A stretch of DNA of 61,233 nt from NCBI GenBank assembly GCA_031411015.1, contig JANOAF010000636.1, forward strand, positions 1 to 61,233. The letters are read 5' to 3'. Under the pieces are notes generated by a model. That model had not been told where the DNA came from and made no database searches. It saw nothing but the letters and a program-made list of their open reading frames with translations. This DNA is from Opitutaceae bacterium. GTDB lineage: Bacteria; Verrucomicrobiota; Verrucomicrobiia; Opitutales; Opitutaceae. The position numbers and the translations under genes are program-made. Positions 47,076 to 56,382 of the stretch are shown piece after piece; the first letter of the stretch is position 1, and each line of letters opens with the position of its first letter.

Positions 47076-48427
47076 GGCTTCATCTTGCGGCCGGTTTTCG
47101 CGAACGCCTCGTTCAGCAATCGACTCGCCGCCTCGATCATCAGCGAACCGCACTCATCGGTGCCGGCGCCGGCGTCACCGGCTTCGTAGCCACCCCGCGC
47201 TTTCTCGCCGGGCATACCCACATAGTGGGCTCCATTGCCATTCGAGTATCCGAGCACGATGGTCTGCGGGAACGGCGAGGCCGCGCGGATCGCCTGGCCA
47301 AGTTCCGTCATCGGTTCGCCTGGTAGCCCAACGATCGCCAGTGGGCCGCAGATGATCGCTTGGATTTCCGCCACCACAGTTTCTTGCCCCGTGCGCACCG
47401 TGGCGGCGGGCGTGAGCGGCAGGGTCACGTTGGTCCGGGCGACTTGCAGCGGCCCCGGTGACAGGCGCACGCTCGTCCGCGTGACCGTGCGTGCCTTCTG
47501 CGCGAGGCCGTTCGCCATCTCCGCCACCGCAGGCTCGCCTCGGCGCCATGGGTTAATGTCACCGCTGCAACCTTGGAGAAAAAGGCTTTCGCCACCGAGG
47601 GCCTCGGCAATCGCCTTCGCCGCCGCGCCCGGCCAATCCGCCGAGACCGCCGGATTCGTCGGGTAAATTGAGACCGCGTGGCACGCCATGGAGAAAAGCG
47701 AACCGATCAAAATATTTTCCAAATCGCGAAACGACACCAAGGTGAGCGTGCGATCCAGCGGGCCGAAGCTCGCGCCACCGGGCAGCACTTCGGGATTCCA
47801 TTCCGGGTGATGCGGCGGAAATGCCGGAGCGGCCTTTGTCTCCGCCACGCCCCAGGCCGCTGTGCGCGGCCGGCGGTTGTGCATGAACTCCGCCGCCGTG
47901 ATCCGCCCGATGGCGAGCGTCGCGGGACGCGCCGCTCCCGCCGCGCGTTGCGCCGCCTCGACGCTGCCAGCCAGCAGCCGATCCATCCAGCGCTTGAAGG
48001 GTGGAAATGCGTTTTGCGCCGGCATGTAGCGCAGCGCCCACCAGGTATCGCGTTCCTTGCCGCGGTGGTTGTCGCCGTAAACTGGCGCCCATGGGGCCGA
48101 GTGCGTGTGGCTCGCGTGCACAAAAATATTTTCCGGTGGCATCCGCAGCGCCGCGCCGACCGCATGGCGCACTTCGTCGCGCGCAGACTCCGAGACATCC
48201 ACCAAATCCCACCGCAAAAGGACCGCCTTGGTGCGACCATCGTCCAGGACGAGAGCGTGGACGTTCAGGGTGTCCAGCACGCGGCCGTAGGGTTTTCCCG
48301 ACACCCAGTTCAACACCGCGGGCTCCGGTGTGATATCGGCATGCGCCGCGCCGACGCGAAGCGTGATCGCCACCTCAGCCGCGTGACCAACCACCATCAA
48401 GCCGACAAAACAGATCAGAAAACGCAT
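47072..48427 (-). CDS. Neutral/alkaline ceramidase N-terminal-like hydrolase, Sec signal
   Basis: ADITP, HASHTHSAP, ACHA, SADWPG, QGCSGDINP, LPGEP and GGYE motifs. Confidence 0.8.
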   Translation of the reverse strand: MRFLICFVGLMVVGHAAEVAITLRVGAAHADITPEPAVLNWVSGKPYGRVLDTLNVHALVLDDGRTKAVLLRWDLVDVSESARDEVRHAVGAALRMPPENIFVHASHTHSAPWAPVYGDNHRGKERDTWWALRYMPAQNAFPPFKRWMDRLLAGSVEAAQRAAGAARPATLAIGRITAAEFMHNRRPRTAAWGVAETKAAPAFPPHHPEWNPEVLPGGASFGPLDRTLTLVSFRDLENILIGSLFSMACHAVSIYPTNPAVSADWPGAAAKAIAEALGGESLFLQGCSGDINPWRRGEPAVAEMANGLAQKARTVTRTSVRLSPGPLQVARTNVTLPLTPAATVRTGQETVVAEIQAIICGPLAIVGLPGEPMTELGQAIRAASPFPQTIVLGYSNGNGAHYVGMPGEKARGGYEAGDAGAGTDECGSLMIEAASRLLNEAFAKTGRKMKP

Positions 48428-48496
48428 GAGGCAGGCCGGAGCCAACGAGGAGAGAAGTCGAGCACGGTCGGAGGAATTCGCCCGCCGTAAAGCGGG

Positions 48497-51487
48497 CTAT
48501 TGAACCAGATAGGCCAGTAAATCCGCCATCGCCGGCGGGGAGATTGCAGACTCCAAACCCTCGGGCATCAGCGACAACGCCGAGCTCGTCAGCTTCGCGA
48601 TATTTTGCCGCAGGATGATTTCATCAGGCGCACCGATGCGCTTCAGCGTAATGCTCGCCGCGTTTTCCTCGCCGATCATGCCGGCCAAGGAACCGCCGTC
48701 CTTCAACTCGACGACGTAGGCGAGATAGTTCGCGGCGACCTCACGGTTGGGATCGAGAATATGGAGCAGGAGTTTTTCTTTGTCCCAACCGCGGATCGTT
48801 TCGAGATTCGGCCCCAGCTCGACCCCGCGACCGGCAAATCGGTGACAAGCGGCACAGATGGTGTCGAAGACGGTGGACCCGCGCGCCGGGTCACCCGTGA
48901 GCGACAACACCGGCTGATATTTCGCGACCACCTCCGCGCGCGAGCCCGACAAAGTCTGACCGAATATTTTCCCCGCCCGCGCTTTGAGCGTGGCATCGGG
49001 ATTGGCGAGAATCTGCGTGCGCCGCGCGGCGCTTACATGCGCGGCACTCACCGTCCCGGCTTCAATCGCGGCGAGAAGCGGGCCGATACGCTCGCGCCGG
49101 GCGAGGAGCGCTGCGAGCGCCTCCTCACGCAGCACCGGCGTGTAGGCGACCCAGGGCGCGAGCAAGGCTGTGGCTACGTCCGCGTGCGTGAACGTCGCGA
49201 GTGCTTTGACGGCTGCCATCTGCACGGCCTGCGCTTGGCTGGGCGTGAGGAGAGCGACGAGCGTCGGACGCGCGGCAACAAAATCCTCATAGGTCAACAA
49301 CCGGATCGCATCGATTTTGGCGTCCATTGCAGACCGCGCCGAGCCGACCGTCGTCCGAGCTTCACTCAGCAATTCCGCCAATTTCCGCGCGATCGCCGAG
49401 CGTGGATCCGCCACTGCGGTGCGGAAATTTTTTCCGCCTTGCCGAAGCCCGTCGCCCAAACCGATCCAAAAGGAGTGCTGCATCGCGGGAACGCCGGGAG
49501 TGGCTAAAAACAAGGTTACCAAAGTGTCGAGCTGCGCGGCGTCATGATGAGCGCCGGCAACATACAGCAGCTGCCGAATCAGCTCGTTGCCGTCGTTGCC
49601 GGCGGGACGCTCCGGGTCCCCGAGCAGACGCGCAGCCACCTGGCCGCACTCCGACGGCGGCGCGCTCAACGCCGCCGCGCGCATCCACCGATCCCCAAAA
49701 TCCTGCTTTAGGATCGTTGCCGCCGCGATTCGTGCTTCGTCACCCGCGACTCCCCCCACGGCGAAAGCGACCTGATAACGCACCCGAATTTCCGGATCTC
49801 GGGCGAGCGAGTAGATCCTCGTCCGCAGTTCAGCCGAGTCGCGCAAGCGCGGCGCGGCGAGCCGCACGGCGTGCTCACGCACACCCGCCGAGCGGTCGGC
49901 GAGCGCGCGCCCCAAATCTTCGTCGCGCAGCGCACCGAGTCCATCGAGCGCGTAGAGCGCGTGCAGGCGCGCGAGATCACTCGCACTTTTTTCCTGCAGC
50001 GTGCGGAGCGGTCCGATCGCAGCTTTATCCTGGCGCTCAAAGAGCAGGCGCTGCGCGGTATCGCGCCACCAGCCATTGGGGTTCTCCAGCGTGGCGACGA
50101 GTTCCGCGCTGGTGGCTGAACCGAGCCGCGGCGGGCGGGCCGCCTTGAAGCCGGGTGGGGTCAGGCGATAGATCCGCCCGCGGTCACGGCCACTGAGGAG
50201 ATCGAGCTTCTCGCGAATGTCGTCCGGGATTGACCACGGGTGTTCGATGGTTTCGCGATACATGTCGACGACGTGGAGCGTGCCGTCCGGGGCATTGACG
50301 AAATTAACCGGTCGAAACCAAAGGTCAGTCGACGCCAGAAACTCGACGTCGCGATCCGCGTTTTCGATTTTGAAGGTCACCCCATCCTTCACGACCGTCT
50401 GCCGCTGCACCAAGTTGTTCGCGACCTCTGCGACGAAGGCCTGACCGCGATACTCCGCGGGATAGGCCGCGCCACGGTAGATCGTAATGCCGGCCGCCGA
50501 CGTGAACACGCCACCGGCCACGAGTTCGCTGCGCGGCACGGCGTGATTTTCCGCGACCCAGCGTCGCGCGCGCAAATCCCGCCACGGCTCCAACGGACTG
50601 ATCCGTTTCACCGGAAGCGAGTCACCCGACTCGCGCGCGTCGAAGACCGGATTCGGCACCGGCAGCAGCGGATTGCGCGCGACGAGCGTGCCGTCGTAGA
50701 CGACGTGCTGTGCGGGATTGCGGATGTTGCAAAGGAAACGATTGCCCCAGTCGTCCATGCCCTGGCCGAAGCGCGCCCCGCCCGCGATCGCTTCGATGGT
50801 GCCGGACCGGGGATCGATGCGCAGATCGTTGCGCACGATTTTCAATGGACTCAGCTCGGGATGACGCAGGCTCGCGACGGTGCCGCCGTTGGTGCCGCCG
50901 GCAAACGTGATGCGGTTGTCGAGGCCCCAGAGCGGGGTGTTGATGACGGCCTGGATGTTGTATTTTCGGAACCCCGTGAAAATTTTCTCGCGCACGTCGG
51001 CGCGGTGAGCGCCGGTCGTGTCTTTAAGATACCAAATGTCGGGCGTCGCCGTAACGATGACGCCGCCTTGCCAGCAGGTGATGCCCGTAGGCCACGAAAG
51101 TCCGTCAGCGAAAATATAGCTCTCGTCAAAAATCCCATCGCCATCGCGGTCGATCAATTTGCGCACGCGTCCCACGGGAGCGTCGGTGGTGTTTTCCTTC
51201 CAAGCCTGATGCGTGGCGGCGTCGGTGTAGGGGTAGTCGACCATCTCGACGACATAGGCCGCGCCATTTTCGTCGTAGCACATCGCCACCGGACTCGCGA
51301 CGAGCGGCTCCGCCGCAAGCAGGTCCATCGTGAACCCGTTTTTGACCCGGAAGCTTTTCGCTGCGGCGGCGGGCTCAACGGCGGAAACGGACGGAAACTT
51401 GTCCGCAGGCAACGGAAATTTTTCCGCCGCGGTGACGCAAACGGAGCCGGCGAGGGCAGTGAGGAAGGAGAAGATTTTTCGGAGCAT
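48497..51487 (-). CDS. PVC-type heme-binding CxxCH protein (beta-propeller dehydrogenase-like + HEAT repeats + cytochrome c)
   Basis: LAAEPLV..PVAM, WFRPVN..NAPDG.L.VVDMYRE.IEHP, HEAT repeats, CAACH and SLMPEGLE. Confidence 0.92.
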   Translation of the reverse strand: MLRKIFSFLTALAGSVCVTAAEKFPLPADKFPSVSAVEPAAAAKSFRVKNGFTMDLLAAEPLVASPVAMCYDENGAAYVVEMVDYPYTDAATHQAWKENTTDAPVGRVRKLIDRDGDGIFDESYIFADGLSWPTGITCWQGGVIVTATPDIWYLKDTTGAHRADVREKIFTGFRKYNIQAVINTPLWGLDNRITFAGGTNGGTVASLRHPELSPLKIVRNDLRIDPRSGTIEAIAGGARFGQGMDDWGNRFLCNIRNPAQHVVYDGTLVARNPLLPVPNPVFDARESGDSLPVKRISPLEPWRDLRARRWVAENHAVPRSELVAGGVFTSAAGITIYRGAAYPAEYRGQAFVAEVANNLVQRQTVVKDGVTFKIENADRDVEFLASTDLWFRPVNFVNAPDGTLHVVDMYRETIEHPWSIPDDIREKLDLLSGRDRGRIYRLTPPGFKAARPPRLGSATSAELVATLENPNGWWRDTAQRLLFERQDKAAIGPLRTLQEKSASDLARLHALYALDGLGALRDEDLGRALADRSAGVREHAVRLAAPRLRDSAELRTRIYSLARDPEIRVRYQVAFAVGGVAGDEARIAAATILKQDFGDRWMRAAALSAPPSECGQVAARLLGDPERPAGNDGNELIRQLLYVAGAHHDAAQLDTLVTLFLATPGVPAMQHSFWIGLGDGLRQGGKNFRTAVADPRSAIARKLAELLSEARTTVGSARSAMDAKIDAIRLLTYEDFVAARPTLVALLTPSQAQAVQMAAVKALATFTHADVATALLAPWVAYTPVLREEALAALLARRERIGPLLAAIEAGTVSAAHVSAARRTQILANPDATLKARAGKIFGQTLSGSRAEVVAKYQPVLSLTGDPARGSTVFDTICAACHRFAGRGVELGPNLETIRGWDKEKLLLHILDPNREVAANYLAYVVELKDGGSLAGMIGEENAASITLKRIGAPDEIILRQNIAKLTSSALSLMPEGLESAISPPAMADLLAYLVQ

Positions 51488-51492
51488 CTGAA

Positions 51493-51567
51493 GTAGGGCG
51501 GATCTGTGACCCGCCCTTCGGAGACATTGAGCATTCGAACCACCGGCGGGTCAGGGACCCGCCCAAC
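51493..51567. repeat. GTAG-type REP inverted doublet (REPIN-like)
   Basis: GTAG-GGCGGATC-TGT-GACCCGCC ... GGCGGGTC-AGG-GACCCGCC-CAAC fills most of the intergenic gap. Confidence 0.8.
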
Positions 51568-51569
51568 TT

Positions 51570-54479
51570 TCAGAACCGTCCGCTCACGCCCGCGACGACC
51601 TTGGCGACGACGATGCGGGTCTGGTTGGGGCGATCCTTGGAGCCGGCCCACGTCTCGGTGATGGGCGACTTGTTGAGATTCTCGACGTCGCAGAAAATCG
51701 CCGTGGAGCGAGTGAGATTGTAGCGGGTCTTGAGGTTCACCTGCAGCTTGGGCTCCTGATAGACGACGAGTGCGGGGTTGATGCTGTTGGTGATGAGATA
51801 CTCGCTCCGCCAGACGGCATTGAGGCGGATATTTAGGCCGTGGCCGAGGTAGGTGAGTGCGACGTTGCCGGTCTTCGGCACGAAGCCCGCGACCTGCGTC
51901 GTCACCGTCGTGCCGCCGTAGTCGCCGCGCGTGAGCAGTCGCGTGTAGTTCGCGTAGAATCCAAGCCCGCGCCAGAACCCCGGCAAAAAGGTGAACTGCT
52001 GCTGGTAGGCGAGTTCGATGCCGCGATATTTGGCACTGCCGCCGTTGCGCGTCGTCGAGATGCGGTAGCCGACATACTGGCCGTCGAAGCCGTTATCCGC
52101 GCCGGACCCGACGAACTGGCTGCTGTCGGTAAACTGGAAGCCATCGATCTGTTTCATGAACACGCTCGCGGAGAGCTGACCCACGGGCTCGAAGTAATAT
52201 TCCACCGTGGCGTCGAAGTTGTCGGAGTATTGCGGCTTGAGGCTGGAGTTGCGGATCGTGACGGTGCCCGCTGTCTCATTTACAGTGTCAGCCGGAATAA
52301 TCGCATCGAACGAAGGACGGCCGATGCCCGAGGAGTAGCTGAGGCGCGAGACGAGGTTGCGCGTTGGCGTGTAGCGCAGATGCACCCCCGGAAACACGTC
52401 GCGGTAGGAGCCTTTGCGGTCGAGTCGGCGAATCACACCGCTGACGTTGACCGGCCCCTCGGCGTCAGTCTCGGTCTTCTCGATGCGCACGCCGCCGAGG
52501 ATCGACAGCTGCGACCAGCGGACATTGCCCATGGCGTAGCCGGCGGTGACAGTCTCGGTAATGCCGCGGTCACCGTTGAGCATCGAGGTGGTGGTGAACG
52601 CGGTGTCCTCGCGCCAGAGATTCGGGAACAGCGCCTGATGGCGCGCGACGCCAAACGGATTCGCCCATGGCGGCTGGCGGTAGCCCTCGTTGGAGTCAGT
52701 CCACTTCGGCGTAGTGTCGAGGAACTGCCCGAGCGATCCGAGATCGTCGGCATTGTTCTGGATACCGTCCGCACCGGTGTAGTTGTAGCGCTTGGAATAG
52801 TTGTCGAGCTGGCGCTCCTGCTGGCGGATGACGCCGCCGATCTTCACGTAGGCGGGCACGCCGAGATTGAGGACCTTTTTCGCATTGAGCTTGGCGGTGC
52901 GCACCTCGTCCTCACCCATGCGGTCGCTTTGGGTAAGAAGCATCGTTCCGTAACTGGACAGGTCCATGAAGTCGGGACCCGAAGTGCGCGTGTATTTCGG
53001 CCACTTGAGGCTCTCGCGGCGATCGAGGGTAAAGCCGATGCCGGCGACGCGGTAGCTGACCGCCCCCTTGGGCCGCGACTGGAAATGTCGGCCGCTGGGC
53101 GCGTAGTCATAATAGGTCTCCGAATTGGAGAAGCTGAGGCCGTAATCAATTTCAAGCCCGGGAAAACGGTGGCGCACCGTCGGCACGAACTGATAAGTGC
53201 GACCGGATTTATCGTCGGCCGTGAGCGTGATGGCACTCGAGGAATTCGCGTTCGGCAGCACCTCTTCAAAGAAACTCGTGTAGCCGGGACGGAAGTTGGC
53301 GACGGCGGCAGTGGTGCCGAGGACCATGGCGCGTGTGTCGTTGGTCTCGTGAAACCAGTTGTAGGCGGTGTTGAAACTCAGGACGGTGTTTTCGCTCAAT
53401 TTGTATTCGAGCTTGGCCCCGGTCGCGAGGCGCGTGCGGGGCGCACCGGCCGGGCGCGGCACAGTGATGTTCTGCGTGTAATAGGGCTCGACGGGAGCGG
53501 CCTGGTAGGTCGCGAGCGCCGCGGTATCACCACCCGGCTGCGAGTGGTAGGTGAAATTGAGCGAGACGCCGATGCGCTTCTCCGCGCCGAGGCGAGCCGC
53601 ATAGGAAAAATTGAGCGAGGGACCGACGTTGGCAATCGGTTCGCGAAGCCAGTTGTCCGAGCGAGTGAAATATCCCGGCCGCCACACGCCACCGATCGAA
53701 TAGAGAAAAACCCGCGGCTGGTTCCGATCAAAGGCGCTCTTCGAGACGATGTTCACATTGCCGCCGATGGAGTCGGCGTCCATGTCCGGCGTGGGAGCCT
53801 TGGTGACCTCGATGGTCTCGATGTTATTCAGCGAAGCTTGTTCAAACTCGAAGGTGCGGCCGGCCCCCGCAGACTGCGAACTCGCCATGCGATCGCCGTC
53901 CATTGTGACCGAGTTGAGCGCACCGTCGATGCCGCGAATCTGCACGGAGCGCACGTCGGCACCGACATAGACAGCGGTGATACCAGGGAGCTGCTGCAGG
54001 AAATCACCAATATTGCCGTCGGCGATGTTACCAAAGGAGTCGGAAGCGACGATGTTCTTCACGTTGAGGGCCTCGCGCTGCTTCGTGATCGCGGCGGCAC
54101 CGCCCTCGCGCGGGCCGGAGACCGTGATCGGGTCGAGCTTGTAAATCGCGGAGTTCAACGCGACATCCTGTTTCAGGCGCGCGCCCGACCGCACATCGAC
54201 CGACAAGCGCTCCGGCTCCAGGCCCGTGTAGCGCACGACGAGCGTGGTGAGGCCCAGGGGAAGGGTCAGCTCGTAACGCCCCTCACGATCGGTGAGCGCG
54301 GATTTACCGCTGCCTTCGACGGCCACCTCGGCCCCTTCCAGAAAAACGGAAGTAACGGCATTGCGCACCTGACCGGTCACAAAGCCGGTCGACTGGGCAG
54401 AGGCGGAGCAAACCGCAACCAGCAGGCCAACGAAGCCGGCGAAGCGATGGAACCAAAACGAGGCAATGGGTGTGGTCAT
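51570..54479 (-). CDS. TonB-dependent receptor with N-terminal carboxypeptidase-regulatory-like domain
   Basis: IEVTKAPTPDMDADSIGG.VN, LKPQYSDNFD and EYYFEPVG motifs; C-terminal Phe. Confidence 0.93.
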   Translation of the reverse strand: MTTPIASFWFHRFAGFVGLLVAVCSASAQSTGFVTGQVRNAVTSVFLEGAEVAVEGSGKSALTDREGRYELTLPLGLTTLVVRYTGLEPERLSVDVRSGARLKQDVALNSAIYKLDPITVSGPREGGAAAITKQREALNVKNIVASDSFGNIADGNIGDFLQQLPGITAVYVGADVRSVQIRGIDGALNSVTMDGDRMASSQSAGAGRTFEFEQASLNNIETIEVTKAPTPDMDADSIGGNVNIVSKSAFDRNQPRVFLYSIGGVWRPGYFTRSDNWLREPIANVGPSLNFSYAARLGAEKRIGVSLNFTYHSQPGGDTAALATYQAAPVEPYYTQNITVPRPAGAPRTRLATGAKLEYKLSENTVLSFNTAYNWFHETNDTRAMVLGTTAAVANFRPGYTSFFEEVLPNANSSSAITLTADDKSGRTYQFVPTVRHRFPGLEIDYGLSFSNSETYYDYAPSGRHFQSRPKGAVSYRVAGIGFTLDRRESLKWPKYTRTSGPDFMDLSSYGTMLLTQSDRMGEDEVRTAKLNAKKVLNLGVPAYVKIGGVIRQQERQLDNYSKRYNYTGADGIQNNADDLGSLGQFLDTTPKWTDSNEGYRQPPWANPFGVARHQALFPNLWREDTAFTTTSMLNGDRGITETVTAGYAMGNVRWSQLSILGGVRIEKTETDAEGPVNVSGVIRRLDRKGSYRDVFPGVHLRYTPTRNLVSRLSYSSGIGRPSFDAIIPADTVNETAGTVTIRNSSLKPQYSDNFDATVEYYFEPVGQLSASVFMKQIDGFQFTDSSQFVGSGADNGFDGQYVGYRISTTRNGGSAKYRGIELAYQQQFTFLPGFWRGLGFYANYTRLLTRGDYGGTTVTTQVAGFVPKTGNVALTYLGHGLNIRLNAVWRSEYLITNSINPALVVYQEPKLQVNLKTRYNLTRSTAIFCDVENLNKSPITETWAGSKDRPNQTRIVVAKVVAGVSGRF

Positions 54480-54512
54480 GAGGGAATAGCTGTAAGCAGG
54501 GACAGTGCCTAT

Positions 54513-54528
54513 GTAACCGTCAAGTTAC
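54513..54528. promoter_or_regulatory. Palindromic element GTAACCGTCAAGTTAC between the divergent TBDR and amidohydrolase pair
   Basis: 15/16 identical to 39946-39961; flanked by complementary GTGCC...GGCAC. Confidence 0.65.
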
Positions 54529-54620
54529 TCTTGTCGGCACGCGTCCACGAAAAAACGCCGCCCCATGAAAACGCAAGAGAGAGATTGCGCGCCGCGCGCG
54601 CGTGACACCAGAGTCAGCCC

Positions 54621-55478
54621 ATGAATCGACGCCGGTTTATGGGCGGTATCGCCGTCGCCGCCGTGGCTCCCGCATTGCCGGGGGCCGGCACGGCGGACTC
54701 CAACGCGCTCATCGACACCAACGTCTGGCTTGGCCACTGGCCCACGCGCCGCGCTTGGGCCGAAACTCCCGGGCAGCTCGCGGCGAAACTGCGCGGCCAC
54801 GGCGTCACGTCAGCGTGGCTCGGGAGCTTCGACGCTGCGCTGCATAGCGACATCGCCGGAGTAAACGATCGTCTCGGCGAAGCGTGCGCACGGGAAGGAA
54901 CCGGATTTTTCAGGGCCTTTGGCGCGGTCAACCCCACCCTGCCGGATTGGGAAGACGATATGCGGCGCTGCGCCGAGATCCATCACATGGCCGGAGTGCG
55001 CCTACTGCCCGGCTACCACGGCTACGGCCTCGACGATCCACGCTTCATGCGCCTTCTCGTGCTCGCAGCGCAACACCGCCTCCTCGTGCAAATCGCGATC
55101 ACGATGGAGGACGAGCGTTCGCAAAATCCGACGCTCACGGCCGCACCGGTGAACGCCGCGCCCCTGCCAGACGTGCTCGAGAAAATCCCCAGCGCCCGCG
55201 TGATGCTGCTCAACGCGACCACGCGGCTTTTCGGCGCGAGCCTGCCTTTGCTGCAACGGCTCTCGCGCGCCGGCGTGCTCCTTGAGATCGCTACACTCGA
55301 GGGCGTCGCTGGGATCGAGCAGTTGCTCACCCGCGCCCCGGCCGCGCGGGTGTGCTTCGGCTCGCATGCGCCCTATTTCTATTTCGACTCCGCGTGGCTG
55401 AAACTGCAGGAATCGGCTCTTTCGCGCGCCCAACTCGCCGCCATTCGCCAGGAGCACGCGCGTGCCGCTCTCGCATGA
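54621..55478 (+). CDS. Amidohydrolase_2-fold protein lacking HxH (type B), Tat signal
   Basis: MNRRRFM; IDTNVWLGHWPTR, MEDERSQ and FGSHAPYF motifs. Confidence 0.85.
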   Translation: MNRRRFMGGIAVAAVAPALPGAGTADSNALIDTNVWLGHWPTRRAWAETPGQLAAKLRGHGVTSAWLGSFDAALHSDIAGVNDRLGEACAREGTGFFRAFGAVNPTLPDWEDDMRRCAEIHHMAGVRLLPGYHGYGLDDPRFMRLLVLAAQHRLLVQIAITMEDERSQNPTLTAAPVNAAPLPDVLEKIPSARVMLLNATTRLFGASLPLLQRLSRAGVLLEIATLEGVAGIEQLLTRAPAARVCFGSHAPYFYFDSAWLKLQESALSRAQLAAIRQEHARAALA

Positions 55479-56353
55479 ACCGTCGCGCGTTTTTCCAAGC
55501 CGGCACTCTCGCCGCCGCCGCCCCACTGACCACCCGCCCCGCCGACCGCGAACTGGGTAAGCTCGGCATCTGGGACATCCACGCGCACGTCGGCACCCCG
55601 GGCGCCACACCCGCACACCGCATGGAGGCGCTGGTGAAGATCGCCGACCGCGTCGGCGTGGAGCGGCTCTGTATCTGCATGAGCCCGCCGTGGCACTACG
55701 AACCGACACCCGAGCAATTCCGCCGGAGCAACGACGACGTGCTGGCTATCCTCAAGGAATGGAACTCGCGGGCGTTCGGCCTCGTTTACCTTAACCCACA
55801 GCATACCCGCGAGAGCCTCGACGAACTTGAACGCTGTGTCGCAAACGGCCCGATGATTGGCGTCAAACTCTGGGTCGGACTGCACTGCAACGCTCCGCAA
55901 CTCGACCCAATCGTGTCCCGCGCGCGGGAACTCGACGCCCTCATTCTCCAGCACACGTGGATCAAGCAGCGGGGGAAAGGCAATCTGCCCGGGGAATCCA
56001 CGCCCATGGATCTCGCTGAACTCTCGGCCCGGCATCCCGGTTTCAACATGGTGTGCGGCCACACCGGCGGCGGCGACTGGGCGCTCGGTATCCGCGCGAT
56101 TCGCAGCCGCCCCGAGCTCCACGCCGATCTAGGCGGCGGCGATCCGGTTTATGGCGAAGTCGAGATGGCCGTGCGCGAACTGGGCGCCCACCGAGTGCTC
56201 TACGGCAGCGATGTGAACGGTCGCAGCTTCGCCTCGCAGATCGGTCGCGTGGTCGGTGCGGATATTTCTAACGCCGACAAAAAACTTATCCTGCGCGACA
56301 ATCTGCGCCGCCTGCTCGCACCGGCGTTAAGGCGCAAGGGCATCAACGTGTGA
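55475..56353 (+). CDS. Amidohydrolase_2 metallohydrolase (type A), Tat-like signal
   Basis: MNRRAFF; DIHAH, GVKL, LQH, CGHTGGGDW and LYGSD motifs. Confidence 0.88.
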   Translation: MNRRAFFQAGTLAAAAPLTTRPADRELGKLGIWDIHAHVGTPGATPAHRMEALVKIADRVGVERLCICMSPPWHYEPTPEQFRRSNDDVLAILKEWNSRAFGLVYLNPQHTRESLDELERCVANGPMIGVKLWVGLHCNAPQLDPIVSRARELDALILQHTWIKQRGKGNLPGESTPMDLAELSARHPGFNMVCGHTGGGDWALGIRAIRSRPELHADLGGGDPVYGEVEMAVRELGAHRVLYGSDVNGRSFASQIGRVVGADISNADKKLILRDNLRRLLAPALRRKGINV

Positions 56354-56382
56354 TGCCTTCGCATTCGTATCCGTATTTACCC

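Noticed and set aside
51840-54605. 921-aa plus-strand ORF
   Set aside because: Antisense shadow of TBDR 51570-54479.
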